The notes under the pieces: model-generated | The model's input: only the letters and a program-made list of their open reading frames with translations | What the model was told of the DNA's origin: nothing | The model's database searches: none | Shown here: positions 36,638-45,162 of the stretch, piece by piece | Numbering within the stretch: position 1 is the stretch's first letter | Layout: every line of letters starts with the position of its first letter | IMG/VR virus record: IMGVR_UViG_3300017760_000001 | Location: 1 to 64,000 of that record | DNA from: a virus | Length of the DNA: 64,000 nt | Strand: one strand, 5' to 3' | Made by a program: the position numbers and the translations under genes

Positions 36638-39109
36638 TTATCCAAAGAAATCCTCCAGACTTGCTTTAGGTTCATCTTCCCATCCGACCGCATCCAGAAT
36701 CGGGGTCAGAGGATCTAGGAATGTCTTACTGAACATCTTGTCATAATCGACCGATCGGTGCAGATCCAGTTCCTTGGGCAGATTCAGTGGATACGAGATC
36801 ACGTTTTCGGTCAGACGATTAGGCATCTTCAGATATACGAACTTGACCTTTGAACCATTCTTGATCAGTTCGTACCTCTTACTTAGTCCGTTACTAACTA
36901 CCGCATCGTTGTACATCAACGCACCACGAACATGGATCGGTGTACCCTTGGTATAGACGGTGCGGTCTCCTTGCCACTTGACAATGTCGGATACTCCACG
37001 TGGGAACGAGATATCCTCGGGCGGTAGTGACTTGAACTCCGTCTTGAAGTCTGAGATAAACTTCTGAGTGTCAGACTCGGTGCCTTCTACAATCACACGG
37101 AATATATCCTTGAACTTCTCACGCACGATCTGTGGCGTTGATGACTTGACCGCCTCGATACCCATCATCTTGAGTTTGGGGGTGGCATACTGAACACCCT
37201 CGTTGTTGTGTACATTTAGAATGTATCGTTTCTTCGCTACCCAGATGCCACGATCTGCGATTACCTCACGTTCCATCACCATGCGGTTCTGGTATGCGTT
37301 GGTCAGATCTGCCAGTTCCGCATAGGATTTCTCCAGAACTTTCTCGAAGTGTTCGTGACAGATCTTGTCTAGGAACTTGACTGGGTCTTTGGGTTTGAAC
37401 TGGTCAACCAGATCAACCATCTTGATGTAGACTGAGTCAGTGTCCATCGCAATCACATAATCTTTGTCGGTCTTGAGAAGTTTCTGCATCTCATCGTTAA
37501 CCGCACGTTCTGCCCACTTGATAGACAACTGACCAGCCATGGTGATAGACTCTGCCACTCGTTGATCGAAGTAACGGAACCACCGATTACCTAGCGCACC
37601 GTACAGGGAGTTCATAAGAATCTTGATCGACATCTGTTGGTTGTCTAACTGGGCAATCTTGTTGGTGAGTTCCTTAGATGGATTACTCTCGAACTCTTGT
37701 TTTGCTTCCAACATTTGTTTCTTGATAACCTTACGTTCATCGAAGTACAACTTAATGATAGACGGTACGATACCAGTCTTCTCCTTAGAGAACTTAGAAC
37801 CAGTCGGTGCGAGAGTGTAGTCGCCTTTATGATCGACCTCACGGTTTAGGAATTTGTCTACAGACACATCGTTGACGAATCCATCCAGAACAGTTTCGGG
37901 TGACATGTTGTACTGGACAATGATGTTAGGATACAGAGATGCAAGGTCAAAGGACGTGACCCACTCGTGCGACCCGACCTCTGGATCTTTCACGTAACCA
38001 CCCATGAAGTCAGACTTGGGACGTTCGACCTTGGGTGGACATGCAATCATCTTCTGGTTCAGTAGTCGGTAGATGATCGAATCCCAGATGTTAGTAGTAC
38101 CGAGTGCATCGATATAGTTCACACCACCACGATAGGCCATTGACATACACAGTTCGATCAGTCCGAGTTTCTCGTCCAGTTTGTCCACGAGTTCCACGTC
38201 CTTGATGTTATAGTCAATGAACTTCTGGAAGTCTTCCTTGTAGAGTGAGTGTAGTGAACCGTGTTCCTCATAGGATAGTTTGCGTTCACCCAGAACCACG
38301 TGTGCGATATGATCCAGTCGGTAAGACTCCTGTCGTCCCCATGTGTTGAGTGTGAACTTCTTGAAGATCTCAAGGTAATCAATCTGTTCTACGCCCGTGA
38401 TGTTGTAGATCTGCGACTTCATACCCTCGTCAAAGTAAGATGACTCCGAGACCAGACCCCACGGTGAGAACTTCTTCGCCTCGTCAAACCCAGAAAGTTT
38501 ACTCATGCGGTTGATCAGATAGGGCAAGTCAAAGGTGCGAGAGTTCCAACCAGTAATAATATCTGGACAATGTTCTCTCCACCAGTCTAGGAAGTTGGTC
38601 ATCAAGGTGTGTTCATCTTTACAGACACGGTACAGAACATTGTCTGCAGCCTCGTAGGATTGCATACCCCACACATGGTACTCATCCGTACCACGTTGTT
38701 TCATGGTGATCGAGATTACTGGATGGTCTGCCTTGGATGGTTCGGGAAATCCATCATCCGACTCGACCTCAATATCGATAGTCCAGACCGATACCTGACT
38801 CGCATCGAACGGAATCACGCCAGGGAATTTGTCTGCGATATATTGTGTGACGTAGTTGGTCGTCCCGAAGATCTTGAAGTTCTCAACACCATCGTAACGT
38901 TTGGCGAAGTCACCCGCCTCTTTCATGTTACCGAACGTGATTGGTTCCACGTTGGTTCCGTCCAGACCAGTCCACCGTGTTTGGTTCTTGTTCGAGGGAA
39001 CAAACAGTGTCGGTTTGAACGGCACTTTTTTCTTGACTCGTAGTCCGTCTTCCAGTCCACGATATAGAATGTTGTTACCGTAACGGGCAACAGAAGTATA
39101 GAACTCCAT
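36638..39109 (-). CDS. gp43: family B DNA polymerase (T4 gp43)
   Basis: [42 protein letters not shown]. Confidence 0.97.
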   Translation of the reverse strand: MEFYTSVARYGNNILYRGLEDGLRVKKKVPFKPTLFVPSNKNQTRWTGLDGTNVEPITFGNMKEAGDFAKRYDGVENFKIFGTTNYVTQYIADKFPGVIPFDASQVSVWTIDIEVESDDGFPEPSKADHPVISITMKQRGTDEYHVWGMQSYEAADNVLYRVCKDEHTLMTNFLDWWREHCPDIITGWNSRTFDLPYLINRMSKLSGFDEAKKFSPWGLVSESSYFDEGMKSQIYNITGVEQIDYLEIFKKFTLNTWGRQESYRLDHIAHVVLGERKLSYEEHGSLHSLYKEDFQKFIDYNIKDVELVDKLDEKLGLIELCMSMAYRGGVNYIDALGTTNIWDSIIYRLLNQKMIACPPKVERPKSDFMGGYVKDPEVGSHEWVTSFDLASLYPNIIVQYNMSPETVLDGFVNDVSVDKFLNREVDHKGDYTLAPTGSKFSKEKTGIVPSIIKLYFDERKVIKKQMLEAKQEFESNPSKELTNKIAQLDNQQMSIKILMNSLYGALGNRWFRYFDQRVAESITMAGQLSIKWAERAVNDEMQKLLKTDKDYVIAMDTDSVYIKMVDLVDQFKPKDPVKFLDKICHEHFEKVLEKSYAELADLTNAYQNRMVMEREVIADRGIWVAKKRYILNVHNNEGVQYATPKLKMMGIEAVKSSTPQIVREKFKDIFRVIVEGTESDTQKFISDFKTEFKSLPPEDISFPRGVSDIVKWQGDRTVYTKGTPIHVRGALMYNDAVVSNGLSKRYELIKNGSKVKFVYLKMPNRLTENVISYPLNLPKELDLHRSVDYDKMFSKTFLDPLTPILDAVGWEDEPKASLEDFFG

Positions 39110-39134
39110 GCGGTCTCCTTATAATATAGAGGGT

Positions 39135-39163
39135 ATTATAACACAGGGGGCGCAGAATGTCAA
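39135..39163 (-). promoter_or_regulatory. sigma70-type promoter for gp43
   Basis: TTGACA-17-TATAAT; the -35 contains the upstream gene's TGA stop. Confidence 0.8.
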
Positions 39164-40047
39164 TCAATAAAATGAAAATCGCCTTGTCTTTTCCAAGGGC
39201 ATTCGACTTTATCGTCACGGTATGCTTGGTGATGTTGTGTGACTGATTTTTCTCCTAGAGAACGTTTTATCATTTGAGTTGTGGGTCTCATTAAATGTGG
39301 ATTAAAATTGTGGAATCTTTCCTCACCTAGTTGCCTTAAACCACCGGCATTGAAAACATCGAAAATATCATTATCTGTTTTTCCGAATCTCAAACCGTCA
39401 TCTGGTGATAGCGGCCACTCATACTGATCTATATTATGTAAAAATGTATTTTCACTGAGATCATATTCTTTAGTTTTTTCAAACGGTTCTGTAAATTGAG
39501 ATCCTCTCAAGAAAGTTTTGAATAATCTTTCCATACATGCATATGGGCCACCATTTATAGGAAAATCTTTATTCAGTAAAATAGTTGCTTGTTCTGCAAA
39601 AATTCGAGATAAAGAGTAACATCCCATGAAAAGTCCCATATTAGTATAATGTAAATTATAGTCTTCAGATAACTCTAGAATTAATCTAAAAGTCTCTTCT
39701 CGTTCGGGTCTAAGGTAAGTGTCGTGTTCAGTTACGAAAAATGGTTCATCGGTAAGACTACGTTGTCTTATAAGTTCCCAATGAGAACACATACCTGCCC
39801 TTTCGGTTGGTGAGTGTGGTTTGTCAAATTTTTTAGTATTACGTTTACTATCATGTGACAATAAATGTTGCCAGTTGTATTTGGATTCGTGTTCTTCGAA
39901 GTCTGGGTGGTGGGGCGTGATTGCCTCGAATGGTACAATCTCGATTATATCATTGACAGGTTCAAACGACTTTTTAGATAACTCGTGATACTCCATAGAG
40001 ATTGGATTATCGGACATCACGATTTGATAGAACTTTATTTTACTCAT
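39160..40047 (-). CDS. GT25-like glycosyltransferase-like protein
   Basis: FEAITP, ERAGMCSHWEL, VTEHD; AT-rich. Confidence 0.5.
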   Translation of the reverse strand: MSKIKFYQIVMSDNPISMEYHELSKKSFEPVNDIIEIVPFEAITPHHPDFEEHESKYNWQHLLSHDSKRNTKKFDKPHSPTERAGMCSHWELIRQRSLTDEPFFVTEHDTYLRPEREETFRLILELSEDYNLHYTNMGLFMGCYSLSRIFAEQATILLNKDFPINGGPYACMERLFKTFLRGSQFTEPFEKTKEYDLSENTFLHNIDQYEWPLSPDDGLRFGKTDNDIFDVFNAGGLRQLGEERFHNFNPHLMRPTTQMIKRSLGEKSVTQHHQAYRDDKVECPWKRQGDFHFID

Positions 40048-40062
40048 AGACCATTATATAGT

Positions 40063-40083
40063 TGGGGGGTATTTCTACCCCCC
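40063..40083. terminator. GC-rich hairpin, possible terminator after the hsp20 unit
   Basis: GGGGGGTA-TTTC-TACCCCCC; weak U tract. Confidence 0.5.
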
Positions 40084-40092
40084 GATTTTATA

Positions 40093-40206
40093 TTATACGA
40101 GTGGAGCAAGACACAATGCTGTCACTACAAAACTTGTAATGAAAACCAAAGTCTCTAACACCCAATCATATGATGACCGTAAAGAACGGTCTCTTAGGGC
40201 TTTCAT
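40093..40206 (-). CDS. 37 aa membrane peptide
   Basis: Not in ORF track. GAGG RBS, MKALRDRSLRSSYDWVLETLVFITSFVVTALCLAPLV*. Confidence 0.55.
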   Translation of the reverse strand: MKALRDRSLRSSYDWVLETLVFITSFVVTALCLAPLV

Positions 40207-40222
40207 ACTTAACCTCGAAAAA

Positions 40223-40639
40223 TTAACTGATAGAAATTTTACGAGGACGCTTCTCTTCTGGTAACACTACCTTTAAATTAATTACAAGAATACCGTTATT
40301 GTAAGAAGCTCCGTCTACTTCGACATATTCACTTAAGCGGAAAGTCCGTCTAAACTTCTTGGTAGAGATACCCTTATGAAGATATTCACCTTCTTCGGAT
40401 TGCTTACTCTCACCTCTGACGTTTAACGATCTTTCTTTCTGCTCTATATCCAGATCGGATTCCTCGAATCCAGCAAGTGCCAGTTCGATCGAGTACTCTG
40501 TGTCGGATCTCTTAACAATGTTGTGAGGTGGATAATTATCCTTGGCATGCCTCGCTACAAAGTCAAGTTCATCTAGAAGATGGTCAAATCCTACAAAGGA
40601 CGCTCGTGGAAATAGTTGTGATGCTTTTAAGTTAGTCAT
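40223..40639 (-). CDS. hsp20: small heat-shock protein (Hsp20/IbpA-like)
   Basis: FVGFD, NYPPHNI, IELALAGF, YLHKGIS, NGILVI. Confidence 0.93.
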   Translation of the reverse strand: MTNLKASQLFPRASFVGFDHLLDELDFVARHAKDNYPPHNIVKRSDTEYSIELALAGFEESDLDIEQKERSLNVRGESKQSEEGEYLHKGISTKKFRRTFRLSEYVEVDGASYNNGILVINLKVVLPEEKRPRKISIS

Positions 40640-40700
40640 ATTTTTTCTCCTTTGAAAAAGCAAGATTAAAACGGATACCGAACCATTTCGCATATCCGCC
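40640..40700 (-). promoter_or_regulatory. ROSE-like RNA thermometer in the hsp20 5' UTR
   Basis: 5' hairpin GCGGATA..TATCCGT, then UCUUGCUUU-UUC-AAAGGAGA pairing over the SD with a bulged G. Confidence 0.6.
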
Positions 40701-40702
40701 GT

Positions 40703-40710
40703 TATTTATA
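40703..40710 (-). promoter_or_regulatory. T4 late promoter for hsp20
   Basis: TATAAATA. Confidence 0.75.
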
Positions 40711-40753
40711 CATCAACATATCTCTGATAAAGATTATAACTAAATGTAATGAC

Positions 40754-41293
40754 CTAGAAATATATTGATGGGTCTGGATCTCCCTCGACTCCAAAACTAA
40801 ATGTTACCCTACTTATCTGGGGAACAACTTGGTGATAAGTGCCTCTGGGAATCCATACGTAATCTCCTGGCTTGAAGTCAAAGAACTCGTCATTATTAAC
40901 ACCTTCGACTTTTAGTTTCACCGTAGAGATAACTTGAACCAAGAACACATCCATCTTATCTTTGTGCCATGGGTAACTGTCAGAGTTTGTCCCAAAACCA
41001 CTAAAAGATATATTTGTGATCTTGTTTCCATGTAACGCAAACACATCTTGCATTTCTGCTTCGATCTGTTTTGCGAACATTGGTGCGGATGGTCTAGCAT
41101 GAAAATTGTTTAGACCAATCCGAAACTTCCGTGAATTTTTGTCTAGACCTTCTTTGGGGTGAGTATCCAACATGTACATATACTGATTCCAGTCATATGT
41201 CATCTCAATAGGAAGTTTGCCTTGGAAAGGTCTCTTCTCTGCTATGCAATCTTCCTTATCATCGCCCTGAAATATACCAAAAAATTCCATCAC
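40754..41293 (-). CDS. cupin/JmjC-like oxygenase
   Basis: WHKD (HxD), PGDYVWIPRGTYH. Confidence 0.75.
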   Translation of the reverse strand: MMEFFGIFQGDDKEDCIAEKRPFQGKLPIEMTYDWNQYMYMLDTHPKEGLDKNSRKFRIGLNNFHARPSAPMFAKQIEAEMQDVFALHGNKITNISFSGFGTNSDSYPWHKDKMDVFLVQVISTVKLKVEGVNNDEFFDFKPGDYVWIPRGTYHQVVPQISRVTFSFGVEGDPDPSIYF

Positions 41294-41700
41294 TTGTTAC
41301 CTATATTATATTTGGGACATAGTTCCCAATTATCTTTCTCCTTAAAATTGATAATTTTGATCTGGCGCATTGGCGCACAGTCAGATGCAACTTCGGGTGT
41401 CTGTATTTCTACCAGTCCCCAATCTGCGAGTAGTGTTGCGATTGTATTTCTTCTTTGAATGTCCGACAGTTCGAGGTTAGACTTCTTACCGTCCAACATA
41501 AACAATTCTTTGAAATGCACAATAAAGTATCTTCCCTGTTTGTGCAAAATGTGACAACTTTGAAATAATTTATTTTCCTTGCGAGACGCCACGCCAATTC
41601 GAGTAAGAGTTTCTCTTACCTTCAAAAAGTCATCTGGTTCCGACAAGGTGACTTCCAACATCTTGGAAACACTCCATTCGACAATATTATTTTCTTCCAC
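41290..41700 (-). CDS. regA: translational repressor
   Basis: PDDFLKVRETLTRIGVAS, QSCHILHKQGRYFIVHFKELF. Confidence 0.96.
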   Translation of the reverse strand: MEENNIVEWSVSKMLEVTLSEPDDFLKVRETLTRIGVASRKENKLFQSCHILHKQGRYFIVHFKELFMLDGKKSNLELSDIQRRNTIATLLADWGLVEIQTPEVASDCAPMRQIKIINFKEKDNWELCPKYNIGNK

Positions 41701-42064
41701 CTTTATTCACCTTATTTTTTATTATGTTAAGTTGATCGGTAGATAAGAGAGGTAGGATTTGAATGGCCTTTTCATTACTATATCCATAATACTCTTTTAT
41801 CACGTCAACGTTACTATCAGTTGTGGGTTTGACCCATTTGGAAAACCGTTTCTTTTTCCTAACTATATTTAGTAAAAACTGAAATTGTAACTTTTTGTCA
41901 AGGTGATGGTATCTGTTCATCTCATTCGCCATATGAACAGTGTCAGTGAAGTAAGATAGACTGCGATTGACCATGAACGGAACATACTTCTTCTCCATGT
42001 CGGGGTCAACCATCACGTCCTTCTTACCGAATGTAATCTCATTTACAAATTGAAATGGACTCAT
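41687..42064 (-). CDS. gp62: clamp loader small subunit (T4 gp62)
   Basis: YVPFMVNRSLS, ANEMN, RKKKRFSKW, YYGYSNEKA. Confidence 0.92.
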   Translation of the reverse strand: MSPFQFVNEITFGKKDVMVDPDMEKKYVPFMVNRSLSYFTDTVHMANEMNRYHHLDKKLQFQFLLNIVRKKKRFSKWVKPTTDSNVDVIKEYYGYSNEKAIQILPLLSTDQLNIIKNKVNKGGRK

Positions 42065-42492
42065 ATTTGTTCTATCTCCATGCCACATTTTTCTAAGAAC
42101 TCTAGTCCATCGGTAGATCTTAGGTGTGGTGTTCTCCAGTATACTTTCTTGATACCAGATTGATATATTAGTTTAGCGCACTCCAAACAGGGTGCGGTCG
42201 TTGTGTATATGTCAGCATTATAACATGATTCGGAACTTTTTGCAACCTTTGTTATTGCATTCGCCTCTGCATGTAATACTTCTGGTTTGGTTTCAAGGAA
42301 CTGAATGTCACCATTAGGCCACTTCAGTTCGTTCTCACAGTTGTTATCCCAACCAGAGGGCATACCATTATACCCAATAGAGATGATACGATTATCTTTT
42401 ACAATAACCGCACCAACTTTTAATCTTCTTGCACTAGAGAGTTTCGCAAATGTTTCTGCGGTCTCCATAAATGCATTTTCCCATTTATCCAT
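42061..42492 (-). CDS. dCMP deaminase
   Basis: GYNGMPSG, HAEANA, PCLECAK. Confidence 0.92.
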   Translation of the reverse strand: MDKWENAFMETAETFAKLSSARRLKVGAVIVKDNRIISIGYNGMPSGWDNNCENELKWPNGDIQFLETKPEVLHAEANAITKVAKSSESCYNADIYTTTAPCLECAKLIYQSGIKKVYWRTPHLRSTDGLEFLEKCGMEIEQI

Positions 42493-42658
42493 ACCAGTGC
42501 CTTATTACGCCAGCGCAAATGAAAAAACAAGTTATAAAGTTGACCAGAACTACGACCGACCGAATCATAGCAATCATATCCGCCTCTCGGTCAGTCGTTC
42601 CCTCTTTCTCTCCGAGGGATTTTGCCCATAGTCTCCAAAGACTTTTAAAACGCAACAT
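42485..42658 (-). CDS. 57 aa membrane protein
   Basis: Not in ORF track. MLRFKSLWRLWAKSLGEKEG..DREAD.IA.IRS..NFITCFFICAGVIRHWYG*; overlaps both neighbours. Confidence 0.65.
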   Translation of the reverse strand: MLRFKSLWRLWAKSLGEKEGTTDREADMIAMIRSVVVLVNFITCFFICAGVIRHWYG

Positions 42659-42959
42659 GCTCGTTTTCTAATCTCATGGTCAACTGAGTACCTTGTTCGT
42701 CCGAATAGGCAAGTTTATCTTGCCAGTTCTCACAGGTATTTAGTTCATGTTTGGTGATCGTATAACAGTAATGGTTGTCTTGCCACGACTCTTCGATCTC
42801 TCCAGCAGTGATCGCCTGTTTCAAGTCATCGAAGACTCCAGCGATATATGCTCTCTCGGTAGTTCTAGGATAACCAGTGCTACCACCACGTTCTAACATT
42901 GTTACTACATGTACTTCCATTAAACGTACTCCACGTTTGCCATGCATTCTGTGAGACAC
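42645..42959 (-). CDS. hypothetical protein
   Basis: Coupled to the gp44 stop; probable start MEVHVV. Confidence 0.5.
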   Translation of the reverse strand: MSHRMHGKRGVRLMEVHVVTMLERGGSTGYPRTTERAYIAGVFDDLKQAITAGEIEESWQDNHYCYTITKHELNTCENWQDKLAYSDEQGTQLTMRLENEHVAF

Positions 42960-43858
42960 GCAACCAGATTGAGTTCGTGGTCTGCAACGAATGCATTCTT
43001 GTATTGATAATCAGCAAGGATCAAAACAAGTTGCGGTATAGAGTTAGACGCCACCTTACCTTCCATCGAATCGTAGATACCACGATAGATGGCAGCTGGT
43101 TCTAGGTCAATGTGATTGACCACCCATGAACGCATCTTCTTGAAATCCTTACCCTTCAGGTAAGAGTACAAATCCTCGTATGCACCAGTACCATTTGATA
43201 CTAGTACGCTCGCCTCCAGCGAACCACCGATAGAGTGACGTTGTGCCTCGTTGAGGACACGTCTCCAGTCGGGGGCATATCGCATGATCAGTTCTGCAAT
43301 GACTTCATTGGTATACGAGATACCTTCGTCATCTAGGATATTGGACAAACGTCCCATGAACTGACCACACAAATCTGCAAGAACTTTCTTAGAGTTGGTG
43401 AACTCGTATACACTGCATCGTGAGTGTAGTGGTTCGATAATCTTGTTCTTGAAATTACAGGTAAGAATAAACCGACAGTTGTCAGAGAACTCTTCTATGA
43501 ATCCACGCAAAGCGGGTTGAGTGGATTGCGGATTAAGGTAGTCCGCCTCATCCAGAATTACGACTTTGTAGCCGCCTGAGAGAGAGATGGATGAGGCGAA
43601 CTGTTTGATCTTACCACGGAGTGTATCAATGTTACCGTCTTCCGATCCATTGATCACAATGTGGTCTAAACCTAATTCGTTACATATTGCTTTTGCGACA
43701 GTTGTTTTACCAGTACCAGCCGTACCAGTAAACATCATGTTGGGGATCTCCCCATTGTCTACAATCTTTTGAAATGTTTTCTTTAGTTCTGACGACAGGA
43801 TAGTGTCAGAGATTTTTTGTGGTCGATACTTCTCGACCCAAAGGAAGTCAGTAGACAT
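42920..43858 (-). CDS. gp44: clamp loader large subunit (T4 gp44)
   Basis: LWVEKYRP, GTAGTGKTT, ILDEAD, CRFILTCN, PLHSRC. Confidence 0.96.
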   Translation of the reverse strand: MSTDFLWVEKYRPQKISDTILSSELKKTFQKIVDNGEIPNMMFTGTAGTGKTTVAKAICNELGLDHIVINGSEDGNIDTLRGKIKQFASSISLSGGYKVVILDEADYLNPQSTQPALRGFIEEFSDNCRFILTCNFKNKIIEPLHSRCSVYEFTNSKKVLADLCGQFMGRLSNILDDEGISYTNEVIAELIMRYAPDWRRVLNEAQRHSIGGSLEASVLVSNGTGAYEDLYSYLKGKDFKKMRSWVVNHIDLEPAAIYRGIYDSMEGKVASNSIPQLVLILADYQYKNAFVADHELNLVACLTECMANVEYV

Positions 43859-43881
43859 TTAGTTCTCCATGATAAAATAGT

Positions 43882-43910
43882 ATTATACAGTATTCTGTAT
43901 AGAAAGTCAA
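43882..43910 (-). promoter_or_regulatory. sigma70-type promoter for gp44
   Basis: TTGACT-17-TATAAT; contains the inverted repeat TATACAG-4-CTGTATA. Confidence 0.75.
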
Positions 43911-43958
43911 GGGGTTCTTCGACATTGTCTTTAAGGACTTCCCCCATTGCCCAGCCGA

Positions 43959-44204
43959 TCAAGATTCTTTTAGAACACTAATGATCTGTGCTTTGTTCAT
44001 CTTACTGGTGACATTTAACCCTCTTGCCTTAGCCGCATCTAATAGTTGCGGTTTGGTAAGTTTGTTATAGTCTACTTTGACACCAGCGTTTTTCTTTTTA
44101 TCATCTACAGTTTCGGTTGGGAAAAATTTCTCCACAACCATATAGATCATAATAGTGACACCTAAAAGGAGAGCGACAGTCTCAAGGAAAGTATAGTCCA
44201 TCAC
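43959..44204 (-). CDS. membrane-anchored Rho-N/HeH-like protein
   Basis: N-terminal TM; YNKLTKPQLLDAAKARGLNVTSKMNKAQII. Confidence 0.6.
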   Translation of the reverse strand: MMDYTFLETVALLLGVTIMIYMVVEKFFPTETVDDKKKNAGVKVDYNKLTKPQLLDAAKARGLNVTSKMNKAQIISVLKES

Positions 44205-44205
44205 T

Positions 44206-44400
44206 TTACTCCTCTACTTCTCCGTCACCTGTTGCAGCTTCAACTAAATTAATCACTTGAACTGCTTGGTCACGAAGTTGTCCGATGGTGGTGAGTTCTT
44301 CACCCTTAAATCCACCACGTTGTACCACTGTATCTATTACCGCAACGGTTGATCGTGCGACACGGTTTGCTAAATCATTCAATTGTTCTTGATCTGACAT
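44206..44400 (-). CDS. conserved hypothetical protein
   Basis: VIDTVVQRGGFKGEELTTIGQLRD. Confidence 0.65.
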   Translation of the reverse strand: MSDQEQLNDLANRVARSTVAVIDTVVQRGGFKGEELTTIGQLRDQAVQVINLVEAATGDGEVEE

Positions 44401-44401
44401 T

Positions 44402-45079
44402 TTATGCTCCATAAGTTGATGTTTTTTCGAGTGCAATAAAGTACTCTAGGTTAGATTGTTTTGACTTGAACTGTGAGATCAGTTTCTTACTGATGTTTAC
44501 ATCGAAGTCTTCGTTAACGACTTTCAGGTTATTTACATTCAGAACAAACGCAAACTCTGCGCCTTCTGGGTAAGAACCTTCTACGTCAATAGAAAATGCA
44601 TTAGACGTGGCATCTTTACTATCAACAACAGATAACTGAACAGAGCCACCAGATGGTTTGATCGAGATCTCACTGTGTCCTAGTACGGCAGCCGCACGTT
44701 TTACTTTTCCTAGTGTGTCAGTATCTAGTACAAAACTAACATCCGCTTCAGGCATGATGATGTCCTTATTAGGGGCAGTCAACATATCAGGATCAGAGAA
44801 GAAGTACTTGATCTTACTACGACCAGTAGAATCACCGACAGTAACATAATCGTCCGAGAATGTTAGGTGTGGTTTATCCACAAGAGATAGTACCGACAGA
44901 AACTCGTTGAGGTCATAGATACCAAACTGAGATGGCATAGTTTCCTCTAGTGACGTTTGTGACATCACATTACGAGCAACCGAAATGGTCTTGAGTGTAT
45001 TGCCTTCTTGAAAGACAATGTTGGGGTTGATACTCGCATAATTCTTGAGTACGTTTAATGTTTTATCAGATAGTTCCAT
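44402..45079 (-). CDS. gp45: sliding clamp (T4 gp45)
   Basis: LKNYASINPNI, FGIYDLNEFL, YFIALE. Confidence 0.95.
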   Translation of the reverse strand: MELSDKTLNVLKNYASINPNIVFQEGNTLKTISVARNVMSQTSLEETMPSQFGIYDLNEFLSVLSLVDKPHLTFSDDYVTVGDSTGRSKIKYFFSDPDMLTAPNKDIIMPEADVSFVLDTDTLGKVKRAAAVLGHSEISIKPSGGSVQLSVVDSKDATSNAFSIDVEGSYPEGAEFAFVLNVNNLKVVNEDFDVNISKKLISQFKSKQSNLEYFIALEKTSTYGA

Positions 45080-45114
45080 AATTATTACCTAGATTGATCG
45101 GGTTTATATTGCAT

Positions 45115-45144
45115 ATTATAACACGTTATGGTATGGTTTGTCAA
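45115..45144 (-). promoter_or_regulatory. sigma70-type promoter for gp45
   Basis: TTGACA-18-TATAAT. Confidence 0.75.
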
Positions 45145-45162
45145 GCATAATATCATAACTTA

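Noticed and set aside
29497-42492. thyX, MazG-like, dCMP deaminase and hsp20 as novel auxiliary genes
   Set aside because: Routine in marine T4-like phages
43884-43901. LexA box in the gp44 promoter
   Set aside because: Half-sites are in the wrong orientation and spacing (ACAG-N4-CTGT rather than CTGT-N8-ACAG)
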